From: Piedraia hortae CBS 480.64
Taxonomy: Eukaryota
NCBI GenBank assembly: GCA_010093745.1
Contig: MU006032.1
Location: forward strand, 1 to 52,208
DNA length: 52,208 bases
Direction: 5' to 3'
A program made the translations under genes and the position numbers. The notes under the pieces are model-generated. The model did no database searches. It saw only the letters and a program-made list of their open reading frames with translations, and was not told where the DNA came from. Below, in pieces: positions 48,498-52,208 of this stretch. Position 1 is the stretch's first letter. Each line of letters opens with the position of its first letter.

Positions 48498-50204
48498 TCA
48501 ATCAATCTCAACCTCCAACTCCTCAGCGTATTCTAGAACCACCCACTGACAAAATTTCTCAAATTCACTCCGCCATTCGCTCATCCTCTGTGCCCTAACG
48601 CCTTTCCCGCGTACCCCGCTCGCGAGGTCTTCCTTCCACTCTGCAGGGCTACAGTCCTCATAGTTCGCCCACTTGACGCTATTTTCCGCTAGACTGGCAA
48701 GACCAGCGAGGCCCAGATTCTCCCAGCCTTGTAACGCCTGCCAGAAATCTGGCGATAGAACATCCCCACCTTGGCCCATGATCGCGGGGTCATCGCATGA
48801 TAAGCAGCAAGGCACACCGCGCGCAATCAGAGCGGGGAGGGGATGCTGCAGAATTGAACCTGTGAGACGAAGGACTTCATTTGAGATAGGGCATGATTCC
48901 ACCAGAATCTGCCTCTCTTTGACCATGTTGAGCAGCAGAGGATGCTTGTAGAGGCTAAAGCCGTGGCCAATGCGACGAGTGCCTAGAAGGATTGCGTCAA
49001 ACAGGTTTTCGTCAGTGGGGTCGCCATCTCCGAGGGTCTCGCCGGCGTGGAAGAAGAAGGGTAGATTGACGTCTTCTTCTAGACAGCGCTTCTTGAACCA
49101 GAAGAGTTCGGGGGTCAGTTCCGCCAGTGTACGGCCGGCGTCTTCGTGGCCAACGAAGTCGTAGCCCGATATTAGGTCTGGGAAGAGTTTTTTCATTTCA
49201 ATACATGCTTGCATGTCCGCTACGACAGTGCGTGTGTTGCCGGCGCGTAGAGTGGTCCAGATTAGACGAAGGCCCCAGAACTGTTTGCCTTTGGGGGAAG
49301 TTCTGAATGTATCGACTTCTTCCTGTAGGGCTGTCAACATGTACTCGTGCGTCTGATCTGGCGTGCTTGAGTTGGCCCGAGTAAACGATTGTATGAAAAC
49401 GGCTCGCACATCAGCCCAGCACACGCCATCGTCGACGAACTGCTCCATCATGCGTCTGATAAACTTGCGAAAGATGGGCTCATACATTTGAATGGGCCCA
49501 ACGACGGAGAAGCAGGAAGCAAACTTTTGCCATATTGCATTGGGCCCGGTATGAGACGAAAGACTGTCTTGTTGTGTTATTGAGGCGCGAGATACAAGCC
49601 ATTTGATGAAAGCTTCCTTTCCTCCCGGAAAAGATGCAGCTGCTTCGTGTATCAGCACAGGTGTTTGGGACTTATAATCCTCTATCCAGAGGCTGGTTGC
49701 GCTTTCAGTGGCAGACTTGTCGTGAACGATGCTAATACTAACACTTTGACGCTGTGCGTCTGTGACGAGCGGAGCATCGGATATGAGACAAATGCCCTCC
49801 GTATCGAAGCACTCGGCAATTAGCCACTCTATATCACCCATAGCACCAAGATGACAGTGCAACAAGGCGCCTTTGGGCATTTTCTTGATAATCTTCCACA
49901 GTTTGGATGACTTCATACGGTCTCTAGCGAGGCTGTACATCATGCCTGGATGGGCATCGAATTGCGCACAAACCTCGTCCTCATAAGCACCGCTCCACAG
50001 CGTTTGCTGCTCTTTGAAGCGAATCGCGGCAACAATGGCACAGGCTTCTCTGGCCATTGCAGAGAGACCGTTTCTGAAGCCATCATCGCTGCGTTGGCGC
50101 TTTTCCTGCTCAATGAGCGCATCTCTACCATCCAAATACTTTTGAATCAGGGGTTCTTCTACATTTGGGATCCCTAGTTCCTCTGCCCACTCACTGTCAG
50201 TCAT
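48498..50204 (-). CDS. adenosine deaminase, ADGF/CECR1 (ADA2-like) family; intronless
   Basis: MPKGALLHCH, GYDFVGHED, FFFHAGET, RRIGHG, ESCPISN, SCDDP; likely start MTDSEW. Confidence 0.93.
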   Translation of the reverse strand: MTDSEWAEELGIPNVEEPLIQKYLDGRDALIEQEKRQRSDDGFRNGLSAMAREACAIVAAIRFKEQQTLWSGAYEDEVCAQFDAHPGMMYSLARDRMKSSKLWKIIKKMPKGALLHCHLGAMGDIEWLIAECFDTEGICLISDAPLVTDAQRQSVSISIVHDKSATESATSLWIEDYKSQTPVLIHEAAASFPGGKEAFIKWLVSRASITQQDSLSSHTGPNAIWQKFASCFSVVGPIQMYEPIFRKFIRRMMEQFVDDGVCWADVRAVFIQSFTRANSSTPDQTHEYMLTALQEEVDTFRTSPKGKQFWGLRLIWTTLRAGNTRTVVADMQACIEMKKLFPDLISGYDFVGHEDAGRTLAELTPELFWFKKRCLEEDVNLPFFFHAGETLGDGDPTDENLFDAILLGTRRIGHGFSLYKHPLLLNMVKERQILVESCPISNEVLRLTGSILQHPLPALIARGVPCCLSCDDPAIMGQGGDVLSPDFWQALQGWENLGLAGLASLAENSVKWANYEDCSPAEWKEDLASGVRGKGVRAQRMSEWRSEFEKFCQWVVLEYAEELEVEID

Positions 50205-50574
50205 GACGTTGACAGACCCCTGCATCTGTCTTGGCACACAGCCGACAGACGTCAGTGACTCAGACGACCCCGCGCTAAGCCTAAAGCATTCAAGACCTAG
50301 CATCACCTGTTGCGCTCAAACCACATTGAGCTTGTGGAGGGCAAGCAATAGACGCAATGTCTCGCTCTCGCCGACTGTATAGTCTGGGTGATGCTTTGGC
50401 ATCTGGATGTTATCACTAGTGTGGACATAGGAAACAGCGATGAAAGCAAGACAACAGCACGACTGCCCGCCCGAGCCGACGGGCGGAACTATGTACGAAA
50501 AACAACTAACTTATCAGCGACATCAATGTCGATCATGCGATCGACATGCCTATGCACTGGCAAGGATCGACACT

Positions 50575-51027
50575 TGTGAGACGATAAACCCTCTCATATA
50601 GTACAGCCAGGTCGCATCTGCGAGCTTAGATAGAGGTCGATGCTTTTCAGGGTTTTTACCTCCATAGGAGGGAGTTTTCCCTGGGACGAGGCACGGTGTC
50701 GTTCATGCTCTGTGCGCGCTCAGTGACGTGATCTCGGTGAAAGCGGCTAGACCTGGGTTAGCGAGCGGTGAAGTTCCGCACTTCACCGCTCTACATCACC
50801 TCGTATAGCGAATTTGCGGTGTATTACGCGCATTATTAGTAATCGGCGCTCGGCTCTCGACTTGACGCGTCAACTAGTTTTCCGTAGAGACTTGTATGCA
50901 CACCTACTCACAATTATGAGGCCTCGAATCCTACATACATGCTCATAGTCACACCATATGTGTTTTACATACCATCGCCTGTCCTATCCTACGACAGTGA
51001 TGTGCTCTGAGGTTCACTTCTCCGACA
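50575..51027 (+). mobile_element. solo LTR family C with nested short LTR
   Basis: TGTG...CCGACA, flanks ACACT/ACCCT; matches the 34600 copy outside the insert. Confidence 0.85.
50804..50921 (+). mobile_element. family E short LTR nested in family C LTR
   Basis: Similar to 51931-52054; flanked by CCTCG/CCTCG; termini eroded. Confidence 0.7.
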
Positions 51028-51930
51028 ACCCTGGCCACCGCCTCGTAGGATGTCACCTCGGGCTCCAACTTGGGGCCTAAATCGACATTTAGATGGGTCC
51101 TAGACCTCGTGCTCCATCGTTGCATTCTCCACCTGCGACATTAATGCCATGCTCATCAGATCGCATGACGCAAAATCGTCTGGAAAAGGTCAACCGGCCA
51201 AACGAATAGGGTTTCTCGCGGGAGCAAAGGAAGGGGCTACCGACCCGAGGACGACCTTAGACCCCCAGATAAGTTGCATTAATCAGATAGCTAGCAGCAG
51301 ATACTGTATACAGCTAGATGCAGGGTCGATAGCTATCGTTACCATCTTCACAACGTCCATAACGGCCGACTGTGCTGCGCGCGACCTCCAGCGCAATACA
51401 CGCCTGCTCCGGGAAACGCCGCAGAGGATGAAGCTCCGAGCCTAAAATTGGCTGGCAAATACCAGCCAAAGCTAACAGCCAAAGCAGCGGCAGTTCATCG
51501 TACTGTGGCCTGCTACGTTCGCCACCTTATCCGTGAGAAGAAATCTCCAATCCTGCCTAGTTGGTAACATCAGCTTTTAAATTTTTGCAAGCGATACGAC
51601 TTCATCGATGGACAAATTATAGTGGACCCCAAACTTGTTCACTTTATGTAAGAGGAAGTCCTTGAATGCAAATTGAAGTACAAGACAAGCCTATATGGTC
51701 ATTCTGAGAGCGCCAGACTTGTCTACACCAGCATGGAGGCGTATGTTCTGCCGTAACATGTATTTAGCAAGACCAGAAGGCTCGTGATAACAACGATCAT
51801 GCGAATCCTCGTGGGAGCCTTGTTTCCAAGCTCATCGCTTCAGCGAGCTAAGCGCCAACGGGTACAGTATCAAGATCGTGATGTAAGCACGCTTGCGGAC
51901 AGATAGAATTTTGAGTCCTTCCGGAGAATA

Positions 51931-52208
51931 TGTTGTGAATATGCGGTATATTACGCGCATTATTAGTAACCGTCGCTCGGCTCTCGACTTAACGCGTCAA
52001 CTAGTTTTCCGCAGAGATTTGTATGCAGGTACACATCTGCTCACAAAGATAATAGGTTATGAGCCCGGGCTCTACCGCTAACAAGCGCTATTCAAATTGA
52101 GTCTCGAAGCGAAAGCGGAGCTTCCAGAGACCATGAGCTACGAAAGAAAAAGAGCTGTCATTCTCAAGGCTGGAACGCCATTCGAGGCATGGAACGCTGA
52201 CTTGCAGG
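51931..52208 (+). mobile_element. 5' end of Ty1/copia element: 124-bp LTR (51931-52054), PBS (52055-52066), putative gag start (52133)
   Basis: TGTT...AATA followed directly by GGTTATGAGCCC (internal tRNA-iMet-type PBS), then MSYERKRAVILKAGTPFEAWNADLQ. Confidence 0.8.

Noticed and set aside
52000..52025. CTAGTTTTCC..GAGATTTG in family E LTR as another ENE
   Set aside because: Second U-run and flanking helices are too weak

Overview
Window of a compact filamentous-ascomycete (probably Dothideomycete) nuclear genome. It has intron-poor housekeeping genes: a BarA/Lac1-type ceramide synthase, a DHDPS-family aldolase, RPB2, a DUF155 RMD1/RMD8-family gene, an ELL-like factor, the head-to-head pair MAS1 and SDH4, an ADGF-type adenosine deaminase and an intron-containing tRNA-Leu(CAA). 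These sit among many small transposon relics: about 18 solo-LTR-like elements from at least 6 families (most TG...CA, many with readable 5-bp target-site duplications, two nested), a decayed CACTA/CMC-like transposase, a Ty3/gypsy remnant, a Tad1-like LINE 3' end and the LTR-PBS-gag start of a Ty1/copia element. LTR insertions interrupt a secreted RNase-T1-like gene and a NACHT-WD40 (NLR-like) gene. The most striking signal is that four LTR families, largely dissimilar elsewhere, share a short hairpin with a U-rich internal loop (GGG-UUUUU-A-CCUC..GAGG-AAG-UUUU-CCC; 12 copies, with covarying stems). It matches the architecture of ENE poly(A) triple-helix RNA-stabilising elements. A 120-bp element with non-canonical AGTT...AACT ends and a 5-bp TSD is also present. 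All calls are by eye; no searches were run.
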